A DNA stretch of 63,679 bases, filler included, from Octopus bimaculoides (GCF_001194135.2; 5 parts of 4 records of this genome joined end to end with filler, not necessarily neighbours in it), one strand, 5' to 3'; counted from the whole stretch's first letter, positions 37,826-51,879 are shown. Numbers and translations are program-made. Notes: generated by a model not told the origin, from the sequence alone.

Positions 37826-38590
37826 GACAGAGAGATACGAGTAGTCACTTCCGAGTTCATCTTCAAGTATGGATGCAAGAATCAGTTGTCAAAGGTCCAA
37901 ATTGGCCTCGAGGCGCAATGCTAGTCTATGTATGCCTTGGTTTGATGTTAATGAATAAATACTAGGGACACAAGTTCATTCCTTTGCATTGGACTATAAT
38001 GTTGCTTAAACAGCCCTTATCTGAAAGTGATCCTAGGTATTTTTCTTCAACACTTGAGACATGTTTTACGGAACACATCATATTTAGATAGTACAAGGTT
38101 ACATCCATAAAAACCAATATTTAAAATCAAAAATTTCTTGTTTTTGTTAACACATAGCACAATGCCATCATTAAGTTCTCCATTACGTTTGAATATTTTA
38201 ACGCTTACTTCAATCTTTTGAAAATTAGAAGTATCAAGTGGTTGATTGAATTCAGTGTGGGTAGTAAACTTCGTATTGTGTTGTACAACGACACATGACA
38301 TCGTGAGTTGCTTGTAATGAATTTGTAGCAAGGACGAAAAGTTTCTTCAAAATAATGATGGTGGTATAATAAATAAATGTATTTTATTTTATGAAAAGAA
38401 GGTATTATAATCTCAGGGAAATTTAATATACCAATAAAGCACTTCGAACATGAAAATGTTCGCCATTTCTCCGAAGATTTCTCGAAGAAAATGTCCTAAC
38501 CCTGGAATTTTGAAATATAAAGCAAGACAGTCGACCTATATGCTATTCATAACTTGTATTGTTTTGATGTTCTATAAAAATAATTGATCA

Positions 38591-38765
38591 TCTACTATAA
38601 TATTACTCTTGTGTATTTCTCCGTCGCAGCATATGAATGAGAAAGGAAGGCGTGATGGCAAACTTGGGAAGGGGGTGATGGAAGTTCTATGGTGAAAAAA
38701 ATCAAACGACGTTTCAACTCTGTGTGAGTATATGTGTGTGTATGCAAAAGAGAAGTATGTGAATA

Positions 38766-38798
<33 letters not shown>

Positions 38799-39602
38799 AA
38801 TGGAAGTGGGGCGGTGAACATTCAACGCAGAAAAGAAAAATCATACAGCGTTTCGACTCTGTGTGAGTATATATGTGTGTGTGTACAAGGTAAGTGTGTG
38901 AATGTTTGTATGTGTGATTATTATGTCCCTTATTCTGTACCTTATTTATATACACAACTAGCAGCTAAGCCCGGTTTCACCCGGTCTGTTTAGATGATGT
39001 GACTGTGATCGTTTTCGGTTAAGCATAATCTATAACAGCGTTTCTCAACCTTATCATTTCGGGTTCCCTGTTTCGATTGGAGGCTCCAGCTGTATGAAAA
39101 TTTCCTGACTAGACCTGGAAGAAATAACAGCCAAATCTCCCTCAAGACACCCTACTGTCTTAATCCGATAATTCTGCCTATTCTGTAGTTTGAATGAGAA
39201 ACTGTAACTAAAGAATAAGATTATTAATCCCACAAAGAGGTGAAAGAAGAGAGACAGCATAGCGAAAGTTTTGGCTGACTGTCACCCTGTACTCCCCTTG
39301 TTGCTAGTGAAATGGTATATGCCGGCTGTGTGAGCAACTGGTTGTTTTAATGGCGGAACAAACAGAGGAATTCTATTAGAAAAGTTTTAATCGAGTTTCT
39401 CGGTAACTGTGGGGGCTAGGTAAAAAATACAAACTGCATTCCAATATATGCACCTGTCTCCACATGTGTGCCATTTTTCACGCCAATCCACCCAGCCATT
39501 TGACTGTGAACTTCAAGACAAGAAAGAATACAACGATCGCCCGTGTCAATTCATATAGATAATACAATTAGCCGTCACTTTCGATGGCACGGGGCCAACT
39601 AG
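38591..39602 (+). mobile_element. Outer non-autonomous Helitron
   Basis: A|TCTACTATAATA 5' end; 3' hairpin GCCGTC-ACTTTC-GATGGC, 10 nt, CTAG|T; internal ~80-bp duplication with TG microsatellite. Confidence 0.7.
38958..39559 (-). mobile_element. Inner non-autonomous Helitron
   Basis: Minus strand A|TCTATATGAATTG 5' end; 3' CCGG-GTGAAA-CCGG hairpin then CTAG|T; inserted at A|T with no TSD. Confidence 0.8.
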
Positions 39603-39700
39603 TGTAATAATTAAAATATAAGTAGCGATCGGCAAACAGTTTATTTGGTGAATGTATACACAAAGCCTGTGGCTCCGTTTAGGCTCAAAAGTCCGGGGGC

Positions 39701-39746
39701 TTCTGGCTGACGAGACACAAGATGTCGAAACATCAATATCCCAGGA
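39701..39746 (+). ncRNA. Type I hammerhead ribozyme, near-complete
   Basis: Stem I TTCTGG/CCAGGA, core CTGACGA, stem II GACA-CAAGA-TGTC, GAAA, stem III ACAT/ATAT with one C-A mismatch, cleavage triplet AUC. Confidence 0.75.
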
Positions 39747-40709
39747 TATTATGCGCTCGTGAGCCGAGTGTGTTTAATGCTCTGTCGCCCGCCGTAAAAG
39801 AGAGACGTTATTCTCCTATTACGCACATTACAGCAAACAGCATATTCCGCGTCTGAAGCTGCCTTGATATATTAAGGATAAATATAGAAATAATCGATCT
39901 AGATATCACTGTACACGGTGCAAATAACGACTATCTTAATTTAAAACGTTCACACACACACANNNNNNNNNNTATATATATATGAGTGTGTGGACAAAGG
40001 AAAGAAAAGTCACTCAACACATTTAGCAAGTGGTACATGTATTATTATTTAAAACATTTTGATTCGGCTCCATACGACATAAAGTTTCGCGAGCTTTCAA
40101 CTGAAACTAGTCTCTTCCAGGGTTAAGTTACCGAATACAGTTATCTAATCTTAGACTGAAAGAGACGAGTTTCTGCTAGAAGTTCACATGGAGCCGAATC
40201 AAACTGTTTTAAATAATATTAATGATGAGCTTAAAGCTTAAAGCTTAATAATAATAATAATGTACGTCTGTGTGTGTGTGTTGAAATGTATGTACTTGTC
40301 TCCAAACATTTCTCCTTAGAAGAAAAAGAAATTAAGTATCTGAATACGAAATAGTCAATTGCTGTATTTTTTAGCCGACTTTTCTATTTCTGTTTCAGCT
40401 CGTTGATAGATAAGTCATGTGGACATCGCTGAGAAATGGTTCCATCTAGTGAAATGTTGCAATAAACTTGGAACGACATTGCAAAAGACGAGACGTTAGA
40501 CTTATTGAAGCGTTCACAACTCCCGCTGTTCGAATAGTTAAAAAAAATTTTTTTTATTTTATCGCCCAACCGTCTTTCACGATCGAGCAACAACGAGTCA
40601 TTAGAAGCGAGTTCAACCTCCTGTTTGTATTTCTGATAACCAAAGATTGAATGACACTACAGTAATTCCCCTTATCGTTCTGTCTGTCTGTCTGTCTGTC
40701 TCTCTCTGC

Positions 40710-40780
<71 letters not shown>

Positions 40781-42786
40781 TATGTATGTATGTATATATG
40801 TATATATTTATATAAGCATGACCCATACATATATATTAGCTGGTAAAATATATATGTATATAGACTCAATGATGGTACTCACACACACAATACACACATA
40901 TTCACAAACTCCTATGCAAACAATACAATTTGTTTTTATGTTCTTAGTGTTTGTAGTATTTCGTCAAGCCACACAATGTGGTCAAGTGTTATATGGAACA
41001 CTGATTTCATTGACTCTAGAAATAATTCCATCATTCCAGTATCCATGTAGTCTATAACATGTCTTGAAGAAACAAAATAACATAACAGATACATATATGG
41101 TTGATACTGATGCTGTGTATATTGACAGTCAAGCGGTATTGTAAGAGGCCTATGTCTATCATAAAGATCTTAGTATCCCTTTTGGATTCCCTAGTCTTCT
41201 GGCTTACTCGATGCCTGACAACTGATATGGTGTGTTTCCACCCCTGTGAATCAAGGAGGAATCATATTACTCGGCTAGGAAGTGAATATGTCTGATATAG
41301 TATCTAGGAGGTGATAATTCAGTTAAAAGGTGAATCTGAAAATATATCCTCATAAGTATAATGGCTGGGGTTGGGGGAGTTTCCACAACCTGCCTCGATT
41401 AATCCCTGATACCAAGTTACAATCCAGGATCATATACATGGAAAAGAATTTCGACTGGTTTCTAATCCATGTCTCTGTCTTCAATCGACTAAACAACGGG
41501 CTCTGTTAAATACTTTTCGTTGCGTCTTTTGAAAGGGCTGACAATAAGAACGAGAGCAATAGCTACAAGCATTTAGATTGCCGTTCTGCTCATTTGTTTG
41601 TTTTAGTTTTTGAGCAGACTCTCTACAAATTCTTGTTTTGCTCACCAACCATGGTACAGTCATATACAGTTATTCTGTGATTTCTTCCATCCTATTGATG
41701 GCAAGTATTGTGAAATCTACGCCTTACTGATGCAAGCATGATCTCGAAAATTTCCTCAGTAATACCTCACGCTAGCTTCAATAAATAAAATAATATTAAC
41801 CATTCACTGATTGTGTTTTTTTTTCTCTCATCATATAATTATTTCTTGTTGGTTCCGATATTGGCTATATCAGATTTTAGAGAAAACGCCTTCATTATTT
41901 TATCCGATATCGCAGCTAGCTGTTTAATCGAATCGATATCTTTATTTGAAATTAATATTGGATGCACATTACTTCTGAATGGTTTTTACTGAAGTATTTT
42001 GGTTTATTCACTGTTTCAATCTCTGTATCCGTTAAGAAGGTTTTCAGTTTCCGAGTTCCTCGGCTGGTATAAGCTCCTCTGCGGAGATTATACCTGTTAA
42101 ACCGGGACCGGAATAGGCAGAGTAGATTGAACGTAGCTCAAGAAGGAATGAATATTAGGGATGTGAGGAAGAGTAATTTCCTTTAGCATGGAGTAAATAT
42201 AGCGATGTAGTAATTCCTGCACCATTAATATTTTATGAAGCCATCAGATTAGGAATGAGTTTCAGCAGTCACAGACACAAATTGTAGGATTCTTCACCTT
42301 CCATGGGTTATATAATACTGACTCCAAAGTGGATTTGGATAAACTAATTTTTTATTTTTGCATTTTATATGGCGCATACAAGTGTATCTTTACCTAATTA
42401 ATAGTTGACTTCAAACAGTTTCTGATGAATGGTAAATATCTGATGTTATCCAAGAAATAGTTATAAGGGAATATTATGAATTAATTTAACGCAGAATAAT
42501 AATAATAATAATAATAATAATGATAGCTGCACATCAAATTCTGCTGCTGGAAAAGCGTTACATATGTTGAAGGACAGTAAAAATTGTTCAAATAAAACGT
42601 GTGACAGAATAAGAATTACAGTCATCAACAATTCAGACAATGTTTAACAACGCTAAAGTGAATGCGCACAAAGACATAGCAAAAGATTACTGGTTTGTAA
42701 AAATCATTTCTTGATAGAATATGATAGAATTCAGTAAAATGTTTGTGACACCAACGTATAACATAATTCAAAACAAAGTATAATTA

Positions 42787-43628
42787 AAGGCAGCGAGCTG
42801 GCAGGAACGTTAGCACGCCGGGCGAAATGCTTAGCGGTATTTCGTCTGCCACTGCGTTCTGAGCTCAAATTCCGCCGAGGTCGACTTTGCCTTTCATCCT
42901 TTCGGGGTCGATAAATTAAGTACCAGTTACGCACTGGGGTCGATATAATCGACTTAATCCGTTTGTCTGTTCTTGTTTGTCCCCTCTGTGTGTAGCCCCT
43001 TGTGGGCAGTAAAGAAATAGGTATTTCGTCTGCCGTTACGTTCTGAGTTCAAATTCCATCGAGGTTGACTTTGCCTTTCATCCTTAGGGGAAGATAAATT
43101 AAGTACCATTTACGCACTGGGGTCGATGTAATCGACTTAATCCCTCTGTCTGTCCTTGTTTGTCCCCTCTATGTTTAGTCCCTTGTGGGCAATAAAGAAA
43201 TAAGAAATAAGAAACGTTAGCAGAGCTGGAAAAATGCTTAGCGGTATTTCGATCGTCCTTACGTTCTGAGTTCAATTCCGCCGAGGTCGACTTTGCCTTT
43301 CATCCTTTCGGGGTCGATAAATTAAGTAACAGTTGTGTACTGGGATCGATCTCATCGACTGGCTCCTTCTCCAAAAATTTCAGGCATTGTACCTAGATTA
43401 GAAAAGAATATAAAGTACAATAAAGGTAGCGAGCTGGCAGAATCGGTAGCAGCGCAGGCAAAATGCTTAGCCGTATTTCGATCGTCCTTACGTTCTGAGT
43501 TCAAATTCCGCCGAGGTCGACTTTGCCTTTCGTCCTTTCAGCGTCGATAAAAAAACTATCAGTTATGTACCGGGGTCGTTGTAATCGACTAACCCACTTC
43601 TCCGAGATTGTACCAAAGCTTGAAACCA
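42787..43628 (+). mobile_element. Head-to-tail array of four family 1 SINE monomers
   Basis: Units start at ~42787, 43021, 43210 and 43422; the last has TSD ATATAAAGTACAAT (43408-43421 / 43629-43642). Confidence 0.9.
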
Positions 43629-44514
43629 ATATAAAGTACAATGCTTTTGAAAGGAACCTTTACATAAAATAGTCAGAAATAAAATTGCTGATAAAGAATC
43701 TTTAATAAGCAGACGTGAATTATCGAACGTTCATTGGCCTGACAATGGACCTAGCACAATTAGTAAGTGAAGTATGTTCCTCAGTTGACTTTGGCTGAGT
43801 ATACACTTTAGCTATCATTCAAGCAATGAATCCAGTCAGAAGATAATTTCTTCCTTATGTTATATATATCACGGGGTCCCTCAAAATGGTAGCAATAGGT
43901 GTAACCCTTAACACTCTAGCCAACTCATCAATTAAATGAAAAATAAAGCTTTCTGCTATAAGATTATAAGGAATGAGGTTTGAGATTTTGGGATAAGGGG
44001 TTAGTTGATTGCATGAACTCAAGTACTCGAATGGTACTTATTTTATCGATCTCGAAAGGATGAAAGGCAAAGTCAAACTCGGCGGAATTTGATCGCTGAA
44101 TTTAAAAGGGAGAAAATGCTGCTGTTTCGTCCGGAGGGCTAACGATTCTATCAAGTCGCTGCCTTTTAAATGAGAAATAATAGCAAACTGTGTCGTTATT
44201 TATGTAGAAGACAAGTGAGGATGTGTCTGCCAACAAAACGTTGAATTGCAAACGCAAACAAGATTGCAGGTTTAAATAAATACCAGCAATCTCAGTAATG
44301 CGGCCTATTTTTTTGAAGTAAAAACAACAAAAAATGCAAAAAAAAAAAACAAAAACCAAAAAAAAAAAACAACAAAAAAAACAACAACAAAACAAATGAA
44401 GTGTATTTTACATAAAGAATACTGTAATTTGTCTGCGGAAAATACGTTTTATGTTTGTTACAAGCTTTATATGTGCGTGTGTGATTATGTATATGTGAGT
44501 GTGTGTGTGTGTAT

Positions 44515-44547
<33 letters not shown>

Positions 44548-44651
44548 AAGACTCATATAATATACCTGAGGCACATACAGGTAGATCCGTCGTTGACAAG
44601 TGAACTTATAAAGTATATTATATTACTGCTGCTACAACACTAACACCAACA

Positions 44652-44718
<67 letters not shown>

Positions 44719-44881
44719 TTACTCCTACTAATGATAATAATAATAATAATTCTTTCTACTATAGGCCCAAGGTCTGAAATTTTAAGGGAGAGGGAGATAG
44801 CCGATTACATCGACCCCAGTACATGACTGGCATTGATTTTATCGACCCTGAAAAGATGAAAGGCAAAGTCGACCTCGGCGG

Positions 44882-44927
<46 letters not shown>

Positions 44928-45501
44928 GTTCCTAATGGAGAAAAGCCTGCAATATTTGGAAGAAAATGTCAGTGAATTCCATCGATCTCTCTCCTTTGTT
45001 CCATTCTTCATTTTGAAAGGATGAAAGGCAAAATTNNNNNNNNNNCCGGATTTGAACTCAGGATATAGAGTGCCGAAGGTGATGCTTTAAGACATACGCC
45101 ACAATACATATTTTTTTTTATTTGCCAGAAGAGCGTTAGATAAAAGGGAGATTAGTAAAAAAAAAAAAAAAAAAAAAATAAGAAACATGTTATGAAGAGT
45201 ATTCGTAAGATCAGAGGAAAAGTATAAAAACGACAAAAAAAAAACAATGATAGATAGTATACACATACATAAATAATAGCAATATGTAACACTTTATAAA
45301 GTACTACTATATAATGTACAGATACACATGTTTAACTCTCTGTCTGTCTGTCTGTCTGTCTGCCCCCTCTCTCTCTTATACAAACACACACACGAATACA
45401 CGTTTATTATTCACAGACGTGGGTGTAAATTTGTGGATGTCCATATGAATACATACCAATAGTGTAAGTTCGTATGTTTAAATATATGTATACACATGTG
45501 T

Positions 45502-45656
<155 letters not shown>

Positions 45657-45674
45657 CATATATGCATGTATGTA

Positions 45675-45714
<40 letters not shown>

Positions 45715-46662
45715 CCTACATACATACATACATATATCTTTGCATTGTGAACACACAAACATACATACATTTAATATATAGTTTTGTAAGTATAAATATA
45801 ATTTCTCAAACGTATTCTATTTATTTCGTTTTAGTATTATAAATTTTTTTTTTGTTGCACGTTTCTTTTTGTAGTTTTATTTTCCCTCCACCCTCCTTAA
45901 AAATCTTGTGGCTACTTTCACTGTTTAAGATGCAAAAATATTATAATAATCGAGAATTCTAAGACTCTTTGTGTTTAGCGTTAAACAACTTGTTTTGGAG
46001 TGTTCTTGAAGCTCTTGCGGATTCTTGTGGCAAAGATGAGACAAGCTCAAGGCAGACATCAATAACAAACAATGGAATGAATTTCTATAGAATATTATCA
46101 GGCGAAAACAGAAGAATAGATGCCTTTTGTCAACAATATGTTAACAATTTTGTATATTCTCTTCTGCAGTAGTCTTAAAGAATAGCCTTTTTCTTAATAT
46201 AGTGTTTTGTTCAGATATTATTTCTCTGTTATATTTGTGTTTTTTTTTATTCATTGTAAACGTTATTACAATCATCGTATTTTGTCGCTGTTTAATTCTT
46301 TTTATTATTATTATTATTGTCATTTCTTATTTTCCTCTTTTTTTTTATATCGTTTGTCAAAAAAAAAAAAGAGACAACAACAAAAAAAAAACGACGAAAT
46401 GATGTTTGAAATAACAGTATTTAAACTTTGTATTCCTTTTCCTGTTGTTTATTAGATATTTCTGTGGAAACGGCAAGTCTCAAGGAGATTTCAATTGTTG
46501 CAAGAAATTGGAAACAGTTGTTAATACATGTTTGTTCACATTTTTGTCTCTCAAAGAGGAAAAATAATCGCAAAAAATCACAGAATTTCGATAATTCTAT
46601 ACAAAAGCAAACCTATGTGTGTGTGAGTATGTATATGCAAAGATGGATATCTATATACGTGC

Positions 46663-46701
<39 letters not shown>

Positions 46702-46778
46702 CATACACACACACACACATATATATGCGCACACTCACGCGCGCACACACACACACGCACACACACACACACACACAC

Positions 46779-46831
<53 letters not shown>

Positions 46832-48851
46832 NNNNNNNNNNNNNNNNNNNNNNNNNNNNNNNNNNNNNNNNNNNNNNNNNNNNNNNNNNNNNNNNNNNNN
46901 NNNNNNNNNNNNNNNNNNNNNNNNNNNNNNNNNNNNNNNNNNNNNNNNNNNNNNNNNNNNNNNNNNNNNNNNNNNNNNNNNNNNNNNNNNNNNNNNNNNN
47001 NNNNNNNNNNNNNNNNNNNNNNNNNNNNNNNNNNNNNNNNNNNNNNNNNNNNNNNNNNNNNNNNNNNNNNNNNNNNNNNNNNNNNNNNNNNNNNNNNNNN
47101 NNNNNNNNNNNNNNNNNNNNNNNNNNNNNNNNNNNNNNNNNNNNNNNNNNNNNNNNNNNNNNNNNNNNNNNNNNNTATATATATATATATATGTTCTTGT
47201 TTGTTTGCGTGCAGCTACAGATTACCTTCTTGCTATGTCGTTGGTCTTCAATTTCGTGAAGTTTGTTTGTCTTTTTAATGCTGTCAAAAATGTTTTAGTA
47301 ACCATGTGGCATCTTGAGCATTTTCGATACGCAAACATTCAAAACAAAGCACTTCGCAAATATACATGCAGGTGTGGCTACGTAGTTAAGAATTTTGTTT
47401 TGTGTCTATGTGCTTTCGAGTTCCGTTCCACCACGCGGTACCATGGACAATGACTGCGCCTCAATATGTATTTGTAAACAATGTGTATGTCTGTTGTGTG
47501 TGTGTGTATATATATATGTATATGTGTGTGTGTATGGTGTGTGTTTGTGCTTACATTTGCCTCACTCTGTCACATTTCTATTGGAGTTGTTTTCTTTACA
47601 GCTCTGCAATTTTGTCGTTCGGCAAAGAAGATGAGAGAGAATATGAACCAGACTTTAAAAAAAAAAAAATAATAAAACAAGGGCCTTATTTCATTGACTA
47701 AGCCCTTCAGTACAGCACCTCCGTATGACTGCAGTCTAATATCTGATGCAAGAAAGAAATAAAAAATAACAGAAGTCTATACATGCATGTATACATATGT
47801 GTATATATACATAGGTATATATATATATATATGTATGTTTGAAATACATATTATAGATTGTGGGGTCGCAATCTCAATTGGCTTATATTTTTAAATTGAT
47901 GTTAACTAATCCATGTGTTTGGATTTTAAGTTCTAGTTTGGTTATTCCAAGAGGTATCGTTTTATGTGCTACCAACGTGTGTTTTCCACTAAGTTTAATC
48001 ATTCTAGTTCATCAGTGTGTTGTAAGTTCTATAATTCTTGAGATGTGTAAATGCTCATTTTGTAGATTTTTCTGTTTCATACGAAATAGTTTTAATTTCC
48101 TAACTCTCGTAGCTGTTGGTATGAAACGATATATGTTAGATATTTGATGTTTGCATTTGTAATAATAAGCAAATGAAAACGTAATAGACGTAATGCACTA
48201 ATGTTTAGGTTTTGTTCTTGTCTATTAATTCACAGCAGTATTTATGTTTTAAATGTGTTGAATGTTTTAATTACGAATTGAATGGTACTGTCCAAGTGTC
48301 AAAACCACAATGCCATCCAATCAACAGCTGATGCTGGATGCATATGTTTCATGTATTGGTTTTCTGTGAAACGTTTATCTCTCGTGTTCTCGTTGTTCTA
48401 CCTTTTATATTGTTTTACCGTTTTCATTCTCGTTGGGTTGGACTTGTTTAGGAGTTCTTCACTTGTGTTTTATGGTGGTTTTGTTGTATATATATATTAC
48501 ATCATATAGTAATATGCGCCATTGTCATTTATAGAGCTTCTAATTCCGTCTAGGGCTATATTTATTTAAGGATTTCTATTTTATGGAAGGTTTGTTGCAT
48601 ATACACACACACACACACATATGCATATGTAAATGCAAAGAATCAATTATGTGTGTTGTGTATGTGTGTGTGTGTGTGTGTGTGCTACAGCATGGTCACA
48701 GCCTCCGCTTGAAACTGATAATAGGATAATACATCTATATACTTATATTTATGTTCATATTTATATGTATCTATTACGCACATGCACAGATACATTTATA
48801 CATCTCTCTCTCTCTCTCACTATCTATGTATCAACTCTCTTTCTCTCTCTC

Positions 48852-48904
<53 letters not shown>

Positions 48905-49600
48905 GTACATATTTCTCACTCTATGCCAGCTAGAGACACCCAGTATTGAATGCAGGCAGCGTCGATGGAACACGTCTAACAAATGAGAGATCTTAACTGT
49001 CTCCTTCCAGGTTACGCAAGCGTAGAAGGCCGTTGGTATAACAATAGATGGGTATAGCTGCAGCTTTATATTTGATCTCCATATTAGATGAAGGCATTGG
49101 AATATTGACGTTGTTTTACCTATCCTGGACATGGCTTCAACTTTTGCATAACCCTGGTCGGGTATACAACTTCTGAGATATGTAAACCTGTCGACGTACT
49201 CAATTTCTCCTTGTCCAAGATCCACAAGTTGTGTTTCTGCTCCTGCAGTTCACACCATTTTGGTCTTTCCAGTGTTAATCCGCAGACATGCTTTCGCCCC
49301 CAAACTATACCGGATATCTGTCATGACCTGCAGCGTATCTCTTTCAAAGATTATTAACTCCAATCATTTGCGAAATCCAAACCCGTTAGCTTGCTTAGCC
49401 CACGTTATTTCGAAACTGGTGGTTGACATCGCTTTCTGCATGGAGAAAGCAATTTATATGAAAACCAAATATGGCGACAGGACGCACGACTGTTTCACCA
49501 CGGTAGCAATTTCGAAACATACCAATGGTTCCTCTGCTGGTCTTCAAACAACACTGCGAGTTCCTTTATAGAAATTTAGAGACCTTCATACAATTGTTTG
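48905..49600 (-). mobile_element. RTE (BovB-like) LINE RT fragment, pseudogenised
   Basis: VKQSCVLSPYL, degenerate DFAND (for FADD), EYVDRFTYLRS, LDVFHRRCLHSILGVS. Confidence 0.85.
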
Positions 49601-49794
49601 GGATCCTATAAACTCTCAAGATATGTATATGTGTTTGTGTGTGTATATGTGCAGGCGCGTGTTTATGTATATATATGCATGTGTATGCATATGCATACAT
49701 ATACATATATATATATAGACATACATATATATATGCACACACACGTGTGTATATATATCTGTATATTTATATATATATATACATACACACACAC

Positions 49795-49839
<45 letters not shown>

Positions 49840-50391
49840 CATACATATATGTATTTAAACACACACCTATCTCTCTCTCTCTATCTTTCTCTCAATATAT
49901 ATATGTATATATGCATAAATACAAAGATATATGTATGTATATATATGCACACACATATTTATACACACACCCGTAGACACACACACACATATATATAAAT
50001 GCACATACGCACACATATATTGTTCCTCTCTTATTTATTTCTTCATTACGCATTACATAACTTTTTGCAATTATTTTAAGAAAAAAAAACTAAAATAAAA
50101 AGTAAAAATGACAACACAATATCTAGATTGAAAATAATTCACTTCAAGTATTCATTATCATGTGTCGATTATTGTTTTGTAATCTCTTAACAAAAATCGA
50201 AGCTACACTACCACAACCAATATGATTACTATCACTTCTACTATAATCATTATCAACACCATGCTACCATAGTCAGTATTATCATCATTACCATAATTCT
50301 CATCTCCAACAATTCTAAAAATATACCAGCAAACCCACAACTACTAACACCACGAGCACCAACGTCTATATCTTTGTAACCACTACAAACA

Positions 50392-50480
<89 letters not shown>

Positions 50481-51014
50481 ATGTCTATCTATATATGTAT
50501 ATATATANNNNNNNNNNNNNNNNNNNNNNNNNNNNNNNNNNNNNNNNNNNNNNNNNNNNNNNNNNNNNNNNNNNNNNNNNNNNNNNNNNNNNNNNNNNNN
50601 NNNNNNNNNNNNNNNNNNNNNNNNNNNNNNNNNNNNNNNNNNNNNNNNNNNNNNNNNNNNNNNNNNNNNNNNNNNNNNNNNNNNNNNNNNNNNNNNNNNN
50701 NNNNNNNNNNNNNNNNNNNNNNNNNNNNNNNNNNNNNNNNNNNNNNNNNNNNNNNNNNNNNNNNNNNNNNNNNNNNNNNNNNNNNNNNNNNNNNNNNNNN
50801 NNNNNNNNNNNNNNNNNNNNNNNNNNNNNNNNNNNNNNNNNNNNNNNNNNNNNNNNNNNNTCTTTCTAAGACAGGAGAGTGCAAGAGAGGGAGGTAAGTA
50901 TACGTGCGTGCGCGCGGGTCCGTGTGTGCGTGTGTGTGTGTGTGTAATAACAGAACGTGTATGTGTGTGGGTGTGTGTGGTTTGGCTGCTTATCTGTTAG
51001 TGTGTGTGTGCGTG

Positions 51015-51059
<45 letters not shown>

Positions 51060-51879
51060 GGCGTACACCAATACTCGCACCGTCATTATCATCATAGTCA
51101 TAATCGTTGTTACAAAAAGCGTTGCTTCCTGCAAAAAAGACAAAGGTCAACAACAAATGTTATTTCACTAAATAACTGCCATATTAAAATATTAAAGTAT
51201 TTCAATTACTACTGATTGTCTCAATTATTTAGAATTAATGTATGTTTGTAAAATCATTAAAATCGTTACGTCTTTCACAAAAACGAAATATAGTCTGTGC
51301 TAAGTAATGGCGACTAAATGTAATGTAACAAACATTACACAACTATTGAACAAAATGGTGGTTGCGTAATTGATTGCGATTTTTGTGCCGATAACATAAT
51401 GTGACTTTAATAGCGTTAAAGTATATGATAAAAGTCTGGTGCCTGTCTGACTGACTATTGCTGTTTCCTTTTCCAACCGATATATATATATATATATAAT
51501 AAATTTAAATAACAGTTAAAATAGCCTCATTAAGGGATAAAAATATCCAATTAATTACTGGTTGATTGCATATTATTTCTTTGTGAATAGTAATATTCAT
51601 AAAATAATATATTCAAGTATAAATCTTGGTTTATAAATATTCAAATTAAGATTCAGAAAATGGAGCTGTACCATTAATATAATTTATTAACTGCAAAAAT
51701 TCAACACACTGAATTTTAGCAGTTAATAAATTATGTTAATTCTACATCTCCATTATCTGAATTTTAATTACAAAGTATATGACTTAGATAACTTAGATAT
51801 GTTTCGACCAACGATTGGTCCGGGCCATGTCTAACTTAATAGCACCACCTGATAGTATTTGGTAAATCTGTTTTAAGTC

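Noticed and set aside
51795-51825. GACCAA-TCG-TTGGTC-GAAAC half-hammerhead on the minus strand
   Set aside because: The CUGANGA half is absent, so no ribozyme can be called.
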